This document shows, one piece after another, positions 19,855 through 29,659 of a stretch of 32,000 nt of DNA (the first letter of the stretch is position 1; every line of letters starts with the position of its first letter). A model generated the notes under the pieces. The model saw only the letters and a program-made list of their open reading frames with translations. It was not told the origin of the DNA and did not search any database. A program made the translations under genes and the position numbers. This stretch comes from Methanocaldococcus jannaschii DSM 2661 (GTDB lineage: Archaea > AGJL01 > Methanococci > Methanococcales > Methanocaldococcaceae), in NCBI RefSeq assembly GCF_000091665.1, contig NC_000909.1, positions 1,404,118 through 1,436,117 of the forward strand, written 5' to 3'.

Positions 19855-20508
19855 ATCCATTAGTCTCCAGATTTCTTTTAATGTATCAATATCAACCTGC
19901 CCAGGGGCAGAACTTTTCCCTTTATATGAAGCAAACGTTAATATTGAGCCAAAATAAACCCCTAAGATTCTTGTTAGTTTCCCTTTCTCGCCCATTCCAA
20001 TACCAATAATCTTTCCAGGATATTTATTTATCACTTCTAAGATATTGAGGACATCTTCTTTACTATTTGCCATTGTTGCAAATTTTGCTATATCTCCAAT
20101 GCTAAGAGCTTTTTCAACAATCTCTACCAATTTTTCCTTAGAAGGAGTTTTTTCAAAATCATGATAAGAAATTATAATTTTTGTTTTTGAACCAATTTCA
20201 TCTCTAAATTTTACAAGTTCTTTATTTTTCTCCTCTCTCAATTCAATATCAACAAATTTGGCATTGCATTCAATTGCCTTTTTTATTAAGTTTAATCTTT
20301 CCTCATTATTTCCCTTCCAATAACCACCCTCCCAATCTGCTCTAACAGTTATTATGCAAGGATACTTAGCAAATTTCTCTATATCTTCTTCACTAACTTC
20401 TTTAAGCATATCTATCCTAAATTCAACAATATCTGCTATTTCTAAATACTTTTCAGCTGTTTTTATTGCTTTTTCTACACTATCTTCAACTACTGGCAAA
20501 CATATCAT
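19846..20508 (-). CDS. aroD: 3-dehydroquinate dehydratase, type I
   Basis: [59 protein letters not shown]. Tail-to-tail 9-bp overlap with the DUF447 gene. Confidence 0.93.
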   Translation of the reverse strand: MICLPVVEDSVEKAIKTAEKYLEIADIVEFRIDMLKEVSEEDIEKFAKYPCIITVRADWEGGYWKGNNEERLNLIKKAIECNAKFVDIELREEKNKELVKFRDEIGSKTKIIISYHDFEKTPSKEKLVEIVEKALSIGDIAKFATMANSKEDVLNILEVINKYPGKIIGIGMGEKGKLTRILGVYFGSILTFASYKGKSSAPGQVDIDTLKEIWRLMDLK

Positions 20509-20603
20509 ATTCTCTCCCCTTAAAAGTTTTATTTAATTAAAAATTAAAAAGCAAAATATTTTAAATTTAATGCAATATAAAATTAAGCTAAAAAATAGAA
20601 AAT

Positions 20604-21521
20604 TTATTCTTCCTCTTCTGAACTCATAACTTTATAGAAATCGCCATATTCAACCTGGCTCTCTCTACTCATCAACTTGTCGATGGATTTCTTCATAATC
20701 ATTGCATACAAGTCAATTAAATCCCTATACTTAACCTCTGGCAATCCGGTATAGACAAATAGAACTTTCTTAAATCCCCCTCTTGTAGCGTTATCTACTA
20801 AGTATGTAGCTAAAGCTTCAGTTAATGGCTCAACTGGTGGATACCCTTTTCCTAAAGGAACTCTCTTCTTATAGAATCTCTTTCCATATTTAAGCCCAAT
20901 AACCTGTGAAAATCTGAAATGCATTATATAATCTGATATTTTATCCATTCTTCTGAAAATCTTTAGCCACCAATCAACATCTGCCTTTTCAGCTGCTTCA
21001 TCTAAATCATCCTTCTCATAAACTCCCAATTCATTTAAGAATATGTTTTCTAACTGTAATGATGGAATAATTTTTATATCTTCCTCTTTAGCCGCTTTTA
21101 TTAACTCTTCAAGCTCATCTAATGTTCCAAACTCTCCAATATTTGTTGCTGGCTCTGGAGAGTAAATCATCTCATTATTAACTTCACTGAATTTTTTTAA
21201 GACTTCTAAGTGGTAGTTTAAATCATCCCCCACTCTTTTTCCAAGATGGTAGTTGTATATCTCAGCTCCACATAGTGTAGCTTTTTCTATGGCTGAAAGA
21301 TGACCTTTCAATCCCTTCTCTGATGATAAGCTATAATAAGGCCCATGAGCTAAGATTGATGTGAAATACTCCCCACCTAACTTTTTATAACTCTCATAGT
21401 ATCCGGATGGCAATCTTCTTGATAACACTGCTGGTGGAATTTCTGTAATTCTTGTCCCCAATAATGCTGCCTGTTTTAATGTTGATAAAGCGTTATAAGT
21501 TCCCCACTCGAAGAGTATCAT
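20604..21521 (-). CDS. TIM-barrel protein, AP endonuclease 2/EndoIV-like superfamily
   Basis: EIPPAVLSRRLPSGYYESYKKLGGEYFTSILAHGPYYSLSSEK..., EPATNIGEFGTLDEL, GKRFYKKRVPLGKGYPP. Confidence 0.65.
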   Translation of the reverse strand: MILFEWGTYNALSTLKQAALLGTRITEIPPAVLSRRLPSGYYESYKKLGGEYFTSILAHGPYYSLSSEKGLKGHLSAIEKATLCGAEIYNYHLGKRVGDDLNYHLEVLKKFSEVNNEMIYSPEPATNIGEFGTLDELEELIKAAKEEDIKIIPSLQLENIFLNELGVYEKDDLDEAAEKADVDWWLKIFRRMDKISDYIMHFRFSQVIGLKYGKRFYKKRVPLGKGYPPVEPLTEALATYLVDNATRGGFKKVLFVYTGLPEVKYRDLIDLYAMIMKKSIDKLMSRESQVEYGDFYKVMSSEEEE

Positions 21522-21610
21522 TTTCTCACCTTGATTTTTTCTTATACAGTAAATAATATAAGCACTGACTATATATAAACTTTGTCAATTAAAAATCTAT
21601 GGTGACTGGA

Positions 21611-22888
21611 ATGATAATTAAAAAAATTAAAGAATTAACAAAGGAAGAAGAGGAGAAAATAATTAATAGGAATAAAGCAAACTTTGAGGAAATATTGCCA
21701 ACAGTAATGGAGATTTTGAAGGATGTTAAAGAAAAAGGGGATGAAGCATTAAAATATTATACAAAAAAGTTCGATGGTGTAGAAATAGAAGATTTTAAAG
21801 TTACAGATGAGGAGATAGAAGAAGCTTATAACTCAGTTGATTATAAAGTTGTTGAAGCTATTGAGAGAGCTAAGGAAAACATTTATTTCTTCCATAAAAA
21901 GCAGATGGAGCAAATAAAAGATTTAAATGTTGAAAATAATGGAATAATTTTAGGACAGGTTGTTAGAGCAATAGAAAAAGTTGGATGCTATGTTCCTGGA
22001 GGAAGGGCATTTTATCCTTCAACTGTTTTAATGACAACAATTCCTGCAAAGGTTGCTGGATGTGAAGAGATATATATAACCTCCCCACCTACAAAAGATG
22101 GGAAAGGAAATCCAGCTACCTTAATAGCAGGAGATATTGTTGGAGTTTCAGCTATTTATAAGGTTGGAGGAGTTCAAGCTATAGGGGCATTAGCCTATGG
22201 AACAGAGACTATCCCAAAGGTTGATATTATTGTAGGGCCTGGGAATATATATGTAACAACAGCTAAAAAGATGGTTTATGGAGAAGTTGCCATAGATTTC
22301 TTAGCAGGTCCTTCAGAGGTTTTAATTATTGCTGATGAAACAGCTAATGCAGAGTTTGTTGCCTTAGATTTTATTGCCCAAGCTGAACACGACCCTAACG
22401 CCTCTTGTGTAATAACAACAACATCTGAAAAGAAGGCAGAGGAGATTAAAAACAAGATATTTGAAGAGATAGAAAAAGCTGAAAGAAAGGAGATTATTTT
22501 AAAAGCCTTAGAAAACTCTGCCATATTAATTGGTGATTTAGAAGAGTGTATTGAATTCTCAAATAAATATGCCCCAGAACATCTTGAAATATTAACTAAA
22601 AATCCAGAGGAAGTTTTAAATAAAATTAAACATGCTGGAAGTGTATTTTTAGGAGAGTATAGCCCAGTTCCTGTTGGAGATTATGCTTCTGGAACTAATC
22701 ATGTTCTGCCAACTTCACAGTTTGCGAGAATGAGTTCTGGTTTGAATGTAGAGACATTTTTAAAGAAAATAACATATCAAAAATTGGATAAGGAAAGCTT
22801 AAAAAATATTGCTGATATTGTTATCACATTAGCTGAAGCTGAAGGTTTGTTTGGGCATGCTGAAGCTGTTAGAAGAAGATTAAAATAA
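21611..22888 (+). CDS. hisD: Histidinol dehydrogenase
   Basis: VPGGRAFYPSTVLMTTIPAKVAG, AYGTETIPKVDIIVGPGNIYVTTAKK, AIDFLAGPSEVLIIADETANAEFVALDFIAQAEHDP. ATG 21611 with RBS ggtgac preferred to 21599. Confidence 0.97.
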   Translation: MIIKKIKELTKEEEEKIINRNKANFEEILPTVMEILKDVKEKGDEALKYYTKKFDGVEIEDFKVTDEEIEEAYNSVDYKVVEAIERAKENIYFFHKKQMEQIKDLNVENNGIILGQVVRAIEKVGCYVPGGRAFYPSTVLMTTIPAKVAGCEEIYITSPPTKDGKGNPATLIAGDIVGVSAIYKVGGVQAIGALAYGTETIPKVDIIVGPGNIYVTTAKKMVYGEVAIDFLAGPSEVLIIADETANAEFVALDFIAQAEHDPNASCVITTTSEKKAEEIKNKIFEEIEKAERKEIILKALENSAILIGDLEECIEFSNKYAPEHLEILTKNPEEVLNKIKHAGSVFLGEYSPVPVGDYASGTNHVLPTSQFARMSSGLNVETFLKKITYQKLDKESLKNIADIVITLAEAEGLFGHAEAVRRRLK

Positions 22889-22895
22889 TTTTTAT

Positions 22896-23303
22896 GTGAT
22901 GGTTATGACAGCACTAACCTTATTAATTTTATTTTTTGGATTAGCATTTATTTTAGTTGGTTTTGGATTGATACTGGGATATTTAATATTTAGTAGAAAG
23001 AATAAGACTGTAAATGGAACAGCCAATAGAACAGTTGTAGTTGAGAGAGATAGTAGCAATTTATTAGGAACTGCTGCAGCTGTTGCTGGTGGAGTTATAG
23101 CTGGAGAGTTGATAACTGATGCAATAGAAGATGTGATAAATAATAACGAAAATAACGAAGCTGATGGGTATAATTCTGAAGGAATAGAAACAACAATAGA
23201 AGACACAATAGAAGAAATTGACAAGGGAGTAGATAATGTAATTGAGGACATAACTGATGAAATAGATAACATTACCAATGATATAGGCGATAGCTTCTTT
23301 TAA
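22896..23303 (+). CDS. Hypothetical membrane-anchored protein with acidic tail
   Basis: Long N-terminal hydrophobic segment, Gly/Ala-rich second segment, then D/E/N/I-rich C-terminal half; true start may be 22899 or 22905. Confidence 0.6.
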   Translation: MMVMTALTLLILFFGLAFILVGFGLILGYLIFSRKNKTVNGTANRTVVVERDSSNLLGTAAAVAGGVIAGELITDAIEDVINNNENNEADGYNSEGIETTIEDTIEEIDKGVDNVIEDITDEIDNITNDIGDSFF

Positions 23304-23364
23304 ATTTTAAATAATATTATTTTTGATGATTTTCATCAATATTAAATAAATTTAATGTGAGAAC

Positions 23365-24021
23365 ATGGAAATTGGAATCAGCATAGAGGCAGAAAATAAA
23401 GTAGGAGTTTTGCACAAACTTACGGGAATTCTTTCTGAATTGGGAGGGAATATAACCTATACTCAACAATTCATTAAAGATGATGGTAAAATTGGATTTA
23501 TTTATATGGAAGTTGAAGGGATTAAAGATATTGAGGAGCTAAAGAGAAGAATGGAGAGTTGTGAGTGTGTAAAGAGCTTTGAAATTCACAGCTCATTAAA
23601 AAAGATTTATGGTAAGAGAGTTATTATTATTGGTGGAGGGGCACAAGTTGCTGAAGTTGCGAGAGGGGCGATAAGTGAGGCAGACAGGCATAATATAAGA
23701 GGGGAGAGAATTAGCGTAGATACTCTTCCAATAGTTGGTGAAGAAAATTTATATGAGGCTGTTAAAGCTGTAGCAACTCTTCCACGAGTAGGAATTTTAG
23801 TTTTAGCTGGCTCTTTAATGGGAGGGAAGATAACTGAAGCAGTTAAAGAATTAAAGGAAAAGACTGGCATTCCCGTGATAAGCTTAAAGATGTTTGGCTC
23901 TGTTCCTAAGGTTGCTGATTTGGTTGTTGGAGACCCATTGCAGGCAGGGGTTTTAGCTGTTATGGCTATTGCTGAAACAGCAAAATTTGATATAAATAAG
24001 GTTAAAGGTAGGGTGCTATAA
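23365..24021 (+). CDS. ACT-domain regulatory-like protein
   Basis: GISIEAENKVGVLHKLTGILSELGGNITYTQQF is a typical ACT N-terminus; C-terminal DUF5612-like domain. Confidence 0.75.
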   Translation: MEIGISIEAENKVGVLHKLTGILSELGGNITYTQQFIKDDGKIGFIYMEVEGIKDIEELKRRMESCECVKSFEIHSSLKKIYGKRVIIIGGGAQVAEVARGAISEADRHNIRGERISVDTLPIVGEENLYEAVKAVATLPRVGILVLAGSLMGGKITEAVKELKEKTGIPVISLKMFGSVPKVADLVVGDPLQAGVLAVMAIAETAKFDINKVKGRVL

Positions 24022-24040
24022 AGATAATTTAATAATTTTT

Positions 24041-24089
24041 GATGAAACCGAAGCGTTAGCTTTGGGTTATGAAACTCCATGATTTTCAT
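24041..24089. repeat. Small hairpin element in the ACT gene / adenine deaminase intergenic region
   Basis: ccgaagc(24048-24054)-gtta-gctttgg(24059-24065) 7-bp stem with one G.U plus atgaaa(24069-24074)/tttcat(24084-24089). Confidence 0.4.
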
Positions 24090-24158
24090 TTAATTTTTTC
24101 CTATTAATTTTCTCCTAAAAAGTTTCTTTAACATAAATAAGGTTAAAGGGAGAGCTCT

Positions 24159-25829
24159 ATGATTGTCTTCAAAAATACAAAGATTATTGATGTATATACT
24201 GGAGAGGTTGTTAAAGGAAATGTTGCAGTTGAGAGGGATAAAATATCCTTTGTGGATTTAAATGATGAAATTGATAAGATAATTGAAAAAATAAAGGAGG
24301 ATGTTAAAGTTATTGACTTAAAAGGAAAATATTTATCTCCAACATTTATAGATGGGCATATACATATAGAATCTTCCCATCTCATCCCATCAGAGTTTGA
24401 GAAATTTGTATTAAAAAGCGGAGTTAGCAAAGTAGTTATAGACCCGCATGAAATAGCAAATATTGCTGGAAAAGAAGGAATTTTGTTTATGTTGAATGAT
24501 GCCAAAATTTTAGATGTCTATGTTATGCTTCCTTCCTGTGTTCCAGCTACAAACTTAGAAACAAGTGGAGCTGAGATTACAGCAGAGAATATTGAAGAAC
24601 TCATTCTTTTAGATAATGTCTTAGGTTTAGGAGAGGTTATGAACTATCCTGCAGTAATAAATGAAGATGAAGAGATGTTAAAAAAGATAGAAGTAGCTAA
24701 AAAATACAATAAATTGATAGATGGGCATTGTCCAAAATTAAAAGGTTGGGAGTTAAACAAATATATATCTCATGGAATAATGAGCGACCATGAGAGTGTT
24801 GATGAAGATGAGGCATTAGAAAAGCTTAGATTGGGATTAAAATTAATGATTAGAGAAGGAACAGCATCAAAAAACATCTATTTGCTTAATATATGCAAAA
24901 AGATAAAAGATTTTAGGAATATAATGTTGGTTAGTGATGACGTCTGTATTAAAGATTTAGACGGCTACATGTTAAATATTTTAAGAAAAGCCACAAACTA
25001 TGTTTCTCCAATTGAAGCTATTCAAATGGTTACAATAAATCCAGCAAATTATTTTGGGTTTGATGTAGGAATTAAAGCTGGAAATGAGGCAAGTTTTGTA
25101 ATCTTTGAAGATTTAGACAATTTTAAAGTTTATAACATTGTCATAAAAGGAAGATTCTTAGATGATGTTTTAAATGAACTAAATAAAAATAAAAAAAGAA
25201 AAATTCCCGAAAAGCTCATGAATACTTTAAAATACCAATACAAAAACGAAGGTGATTTTTTAATTAAAGGGATTGATTATAAGGAGAGAGATGGATTTAT
25301 TAGAGTAATAAAACCATTAAAAGATTCTCTAATAACTGAAGAGCTAATATTTAGCACTGAAGAAATAAAAATATTACTGAATGAAAATGCTATAAATAAA
25401 ATCTTCGTTATAGAGAGGCATAAAAATACTGGAAATATTGGAAAGGGTTTAATATACAACTTCTTGGAGGAGGGAGCTTTAGCCTCTTCCTATGCTCACG
25501 ATTCTCATAATGTAATAGCCATAGGAAATAATGAGAAAGATTTAGCCTTAGCTGTAAATAAATTAAAAGATATTGGTGGAGGATTTATAGCTGCTAAGGA
25601 TGGGGAAGTTGTTGAATATCTTCCTCTACCAGTTGGAGGGATAATGGGAGATGATGGAAAATACATAGCTGAGAAGATTAATGCTTTGTATAAAAAAATA
25701 GAAGGTTGGAGTTCTTTTGAGAACCCATTTTTAAGTATGAGCTTTTTCTCTCTCCCTGTGATTCCTGAGCTAAAAATAACTGATAAAGGTTTGGTTAAAG
25801 ATATGCAGTTGGTTGATTTATTTATTTAG
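24159..25829 (+). CDS. ade: Adenine deaminase
   Basis: [46 protein letters not shown]; MLPSCVPAT; DGHCPKLKG; [11 protein letters not shown]. Confidence 0.95.
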   Translation: MIVFKNTKIIDVYTGEVVKGNVAVERDKISFVDLNDEIDKIIEKIKEDVKVIDLKGKYLSPTFIDGHIHIESSHLIPSEFEKFVLKSGVSKVVIDPHEIANIAGKEGILFMLNDAKILDVYVMLPSCVPATNLETSGAEITAENIEELILLDNVLGLGEVMNYPAVINEDEEMLKKIEVAKKYNKLIDGHCPKLKGWELNKYISHGIMSDHESVDEDEALEKLRLGLKLMIREGTASKNIYLLNICKKIKDFRNIMLVSDDVCIKDLDGYMLNILRKATNYVSPIEAIQMVTINPANYFGFDVGIKAGNEASFVIFEDLDNFKVYNIVIKGRFLDDVLNELNKNKKRKIPEKLMNTLKYQYKNEGDFLIKGIDYKERDGFIRVIKPLKDSLITEELIFSTEEIKILLNENAINKIFVIERHKNTGNIGKGLIYNFLEEGALASSYAHDSHNVIAIGNNEKDLALAVNKLKDIGGGFIAAKDGEVVEYLPLPVGGIMGDDGKYIAEKINALYKKIEGWSSFENPFLSMSFFSLPVIPELKITDKGLVKDMQLVDLFI

Positions 25830-26297
25830 CTCATCAACTTCCTTAACTTCAAACACACATTTATCTTTTCCTTGAGAAACACATTCAACCTCATTAACAA
25901 CAAATTTCTTTTTAAATATCTCTTCTAAACATCCAGCTAAGATTCCAGCTATAAAATCATGAATTGGTTCTTCTTTAGATACCCATTGGTATGGAGGATT
26001 AGATAGCTTTATTTTATATGGTGGATTTTTGAGAAGTATTTTATTTTCGTCAATCTCCAAATCTCCAAAATTCATTAATTTGAATATTTTTTTCAATTCT
26101 TCAATATTTTTAGGAGATAACATTTTTCCAAATTCTTCACCAATTTCATATAATGAGGTTTCTGAACCAAGTTCTTTAACTTTATCAAATATTACCAATG
26201 CAAACAACCCAAAATATGGCATAGGAATTTTTTTACTTTCTTTTATTATCTCTTCATTTCTTATTGCTTCTAAAATGTCTGGAAAGATTTTTTCCAT
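25818..26297 (-). CDS. V4R (vinyl-4-reductase) domain protein
   Basis: Reverse complement near 25820-25865 gives ...[14 protein letters not shown], so the ORF is on the minus strand despite '+' in the supplied track; ATG 26297 preceded by aggtgg. V4R-like [41 protein letters not shown]. Confidence 0.8.
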   Translation of the reverse strand: MEKIFPDILEAIRNEEIIKESKKIPMPYFGLFALVIFDKVKELGSETSLYEIGEEFGKMLSPKNIEELKKIFKLMNFGDLEIDENKILLKNPPYKIKLSNPPYQWVSKEEPIHDFIAGILAGCLEEIFKKKFVVNEVECVSQGKDKCVFEVKEVDELNK

Positions 26298-26434
26298 AAA
26301 AGCCACCTTTCTTTTTTAATATATTTTTTAATTATTTAGTGTTATGACCTAATCAATAACATCTATGTAAAACAAAATATATAAAACTTTGTAATAATAA
26401 ATATTAAAAAATAGGTATTATTTATTAATTTTTA

Positions 26435-27034
26435 TTAATTAATATTCATCTTTTTCAATCCCAACTTGATAATATTATATTTTAAGTTTTTGTTTATGCC
26501 CATTCTTTCAAAAACCCTATCTTCGAACTCCATATAAACAGCTGTGGCAACCAAAGACATTCTTTCAATTAAATCATCAAACTCTTCCATAACTTTTAAA
26601 TACTCTTCAGTTGGTAGTTCCTCTTTTAATTTTTCTTCTGCCGTCTCTCTTATTTCCTCCAATCCACATAAAATATACAACGGTTCAAAATCCAACTCAA
26701 CAAATTTCATTGCATCTTTTGCTATAATTTTAAAAAATTCATTTAATTTTTCTTCATCATCACTATATTCAAATAACTTCTCAACCCAGTTTTTCATGCG
26801 ATTTTCTATCTCCCCACATGCGTTTGTGGTGCAACTACTGTGATTATTCCTATTTTTGCAGATGCATGGATTATTTCTAAACCTCTCTATAAACACATTT
26901 ACAGCGTTTAATAAATCTTTTTTTAATATATCTTCATGCTTTTTAATCTCTTCGTATTTTTTAACTTTTTTAATGAAATATTTCATATTACCTACTGCAT
27001 TATTGAAGATGCTATCAAAATCAAATTGCTCCAT
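26435..27034 (-). CDS. Hypothetical protein, mostly alpha-helical with Cys-rich insertion
   Basis: 199 aa; CICKNRNNHSSCTTNAC segment; no family recognised. Confidence 0.6.
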   Translation of the reverse strand: MEQFDFDSIFNNAVGNMKYFIKKVKKYEEIKKHEDILKKDLLNAVNVFIERFRNNPCICKNRNNHSSCTTNACGEIENRMKNWVEKLFEYSDDEEKLNEFFKIIAKDAMKFVELDFEPLYILCGLEEIRETAEEKLKEELPTEEYLKVMEEFDDLIERMSLVATAVYMEFEDRVFERMGINKNLKYNIIKLGLKKMNIN

Positions 27035-27132
27035 ATTCTCCCCTCTTACACGATAATGAAATACTTCACATATAAAAAATATAAATTATGGTATAAAAAT
27101 ATTAAGAATTTTTTTTCACAAATTATGAACTA

Positions 27133-27384
27133 TTAATCTCCTTTTCCTTCAATCTCTATAACCTTTACATGGATTGGATGCTCTTTAAGTTGCTGATAAA
27201 CTTTCTCAGCCGCTCTCCTTGACCTTGCAAGCATGACAAAAGCGACATCTCCTTTGTATCTTGCCTCTGTAAATGATAAGATATCTCCTCTTGCTATTCC
27301 TTCTCCAATTATTCTCCTAATTAAATCCTCATACTTTGTAGCATGTTTTTCTGGAATATTTAACAAAATCCCATAAATCATCAT
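27133..27384 (-). CDS. Conserved small hypothetical protein
   Basis: 83 aa; upstream RBS ggtgag; ends ...HVKVIEIEGKGD. Confidence 0.6.
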   Translation of the reverse strand: MMIYGILLNIPEKHATKYEDLIRRIIGEGIARGDILSFTEARYKGDVAFVMLARSRRAAEKVYQQLKEHPIHVKVIEIEGKGD

Positions 27385-27404
27385 CTCACCTCAAAAAATT
27401 TTAT

Positions 27405-28106
27405 TTATTCAGAAACCTTTAAGATTCCCAAGGTTTGTTCTACTTTTTTAGCTATATCTAAGTCAAATAAGGCAATTGTTGGCAACAGCCAGCTAAATCT
27501 ATATCTTGGTTCTCCATCTTTTGTTTCTCCATAGTATGCAAATGACAACCTTCCAAAACCAGTTTCTTTCTCAACCTTTCTTGCACTTCTTATAAACCTT
27601 CTTGCAACGTTTGGCAATTCTTCATAAGATAATGGCTTTCCTCCAACACCATTCTGCATGGAAAGTTCTAAACTAATTCCAACGTTCTTTATTGCTTTTA
27701 TTATGTTTGCTAATTTATTCTTTTTAAGGAAAGCTAACAATAAAGTAGCTGCTGGAACTCTTAAAACTTCTGTGTTTTTTCCATCTTCATCTCTTAATTG
27801 ACAGACAATATATGCTTTACCCATCTCCATTTCTATGTGTGCATAGAGCTCAGTGTTTTTTGGCAATTCTTGAAGAACTTCGATAACTTCATACTCCTTT
27901 CCATCCTTTGAAAACTTATCTCCAGCTTTTCTTTCATCTAATTCAACAGTGAAATATGTTTCTTTTCCATCTACTTTACCAAATATTAAGTCAAATCCCC
28001 ATCTCTTCAATGATTTTAACTTAAATTCTCTCTCCTTCTCTGGATTTCCTAATGTCTCAAAAACTAAGGTATTTATCATCTCTACTTCTTTTGCATCTAC
28101 AACCAC
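27405..28106 (-). CDS. Conserved hypothetical protein (probable methanogen family)
   Basis: 233 aa with RBS ggtgat upstream of GTG; probably co-transcribed with the 83-aa gene. Confidence 0.65.
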   Translation of the reverse strand: MVVDAKEVEMINTLVFETLGNPEKEREFKLKSLKRWGFDLIFGKVDGKETYFTVELDERKAGDKFSKDGKEYEVIEVLQELPKNTELYAHIEMEMGKAYIVCQLRDEDGKNTEVLRVPAATLLLAFLKKNKLANIIKAIKNVGISLELSMQNGVGGKPLSYEELPNVARRFIRSARKVEKETGFGRLSFAYYGETKDGEPRYRFSWLLPTIALFDLDIAKKVEQTLGILKVSE

Positions 28107-28277
28107 AATATCACCTTTTTATTCATATTTTTTATTGAAAATTTAACTATTTGTAAATGTGTTTGAAGTTCTATAAAAAATTTTCTATAATCGATAAATT
28201 TATAAATTTATTTTGTCATATTCATTGATAAAAAATATAAATGAGAGGAATATAACATTTTTTTGATGGTGAGAGTT

Positions 28278-29384
28278 ATGAGATACAAGAAAGTACCAGT
28301 TAAAAAAATAGTTAATAAAATTATTGATGAATGTGATGTCATCTTATTGGTATTAGATGCAAGAGACCCAGAGATGACAAGAAACAGAGAGTTGGAGAAA
28401 AAAATCAAAGCAAAAGGTAAAAAGCTAATCTATGTATTAAATAAGGCTGATTTAGTTCCAAAAGATATTTTAGAAAAATGGAAAGAAGTTTTTGGGGAAA
28501 ATACAGTATTTGTATCTGCTAAGAGAAGATTGGGAACAAAAATTTTGAGAGAGATGATAAAACAATCCTTAAAAGAAATGGGTAAAAAAGAAGGAAAAGT
28601 TGGAATTGTTGGTTATCCAAACGTTGGAAAATCATCCATTATTAACGCATTAACTGGAAAAAGAAAAGCTTTAACTGGAAGTGTAGCTGGTTTAACCAAA
28701 GGAGAGCAGTGGGTTAGATTAACTAAAAATATTAAGCTTATGGACACTCCTGGAGTTTTGGAGATGAGAGATGAGGATGATTTGGTTATAAGTGGAGCTT
28801 TGAGATTGGAAAAAGTAGAAAACCCTATTCCTCCAGCTTTAAAGATTTTAAGTAGGATAAATAACTTTGATAACTCAATAATAAAAGAATACTTTGGAGT
28901 TGATTATGAAGAGGTTGATGAAGAGTTATTAAAAAAGATTGGAAATAAAAGGAGTTATTTAACCAAAGGTGGAGAAGTTGATTTAGTTAGAACAGCTAAG
29001 ACAATTATAAAAGAATATCAGGATGGAAAACTCAACTACTACAAAGTAGATTTAAAGAAGTATGGGCAAGATAGAGAAAGGGATATATCATTTATAACCA
29101 AGTATTTAAAGGACTTTCCATTTATTGAAGATGCTAAAATGATTGTGACACATTTAAAGGACTTTGATGGGTTATACAAAAAGATAAAAAAACCTGTCTT
29201 AGGTTCTGAGGAAATAGATGGAAATATAGTTGTTGTATCTTTTGGGGAGAAAACAAAAGATGCTTGTAGGAAGAAGGTAGAAAATCTGTGTAGAGAGAGA
29301 AATATAGAGGTTTTATCCAAATTTGGAGATAAAATTGGAGCTAACAACATATACGTAGCTGTTGGTAAAAGAGTTAAAGAATAA
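28278..29384 (+). CDS. Circularly permuted Era/YlqF-like GTPase
   Basis: Permuted order: G4 YVLNKADLVPK before G1 GIVGYPNVGKSSIIN and G3 LMDTPGV; RBS ggtgag before ATG 28278. Confidence 0.9.
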   Translation: MRYKKVPVKKIVNKIIDECDVILLVLDARDPEMTRNRELEKKIKAKGKKLIYVLNKADLVPKDILEKWKEVFGENTVFVSAKRRLGTKILREMIKQSLKEMGKKEGKVGIVGYPNVGKSSIINALTGKRKALTGSVAGLTKGEQWVRLTKNIKLMDTPGVLEMRDEDDLVISGALRLEKVENPIPPALKILSRINNFDNSIIKEYFGVDYEEVDEELLKKIGNKRSYLTKGGEVDLVRTAKTIIKEYQDGKLNYYKVDLKKYGQDRERDISFITKYLKDFPFIEDAKMIVTHLKDFDGLYKKIKKPVLGSEEIDGNIVVVSFGEKTKDACRKKVENLCRERNIEVLSKFGDKIGANNIYVAVGKRVKE

Positions 29385-29592
29385 TCTTGCTTTTTTAGAG
29401 TTTATCCTTGTTTTAATGGACTATCGATTTAAACCCTTACTTTTTGCTCTTATTTTATACCTAAACTCCTATATATAGCTTTCTATTTTTATCCAAATTT
29501 TCTTAATACATGATTAAAACCTTTAAAAGATTAAGAAGAAATCTCAATAATTAGATAATGTTTAATATAATCCAAGATCTATTTAACCGTTT

Positions 29593-29659
29593 CCCGTTTC
29601 CATAGCTTACCATAGCATTTAATAACTTACTATACGAATCGGTAAGCTATGGAAATGGG
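29593..29659. ncRNA. Candidate structured RNA element: long stem in a GC-rich intergenic block
   Basis: tttccatagcttacc (29597-29611) is an exact inverted repeat of ggtaagctatggaaa (29641-29655), extended by ccc/ggg across a g-t position to about 19 bp; adjacent ggg..ccc and gggaa/ttccc hairpins. Confidence 0.4.

Noticed and set aside
3894-22330. Avoidance of GGNCC sites as support for the R-M specificity
   Set aside because: At least five GGNCC sites were noticed by eye (near 3894, 6532, 11061, 22236, 22309); no reliable count or expectation was computed, so avoidance is neither supported nor excluded.
23607-24505. Minus-strand ORFs 23607..24089 and 24143..24505
   Set aside because: 160 and 120 aa in length but fully shadow the ACT-domain and ade genes; compositions (S/T/P/F-rich) match antisense artefacts.
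26029-26319. Plus-strand 96-aa ORF opposite the V4R gene
   Set aside because: Antisense of the V4R coding sequence, which has the better RBS and family-like sequence.
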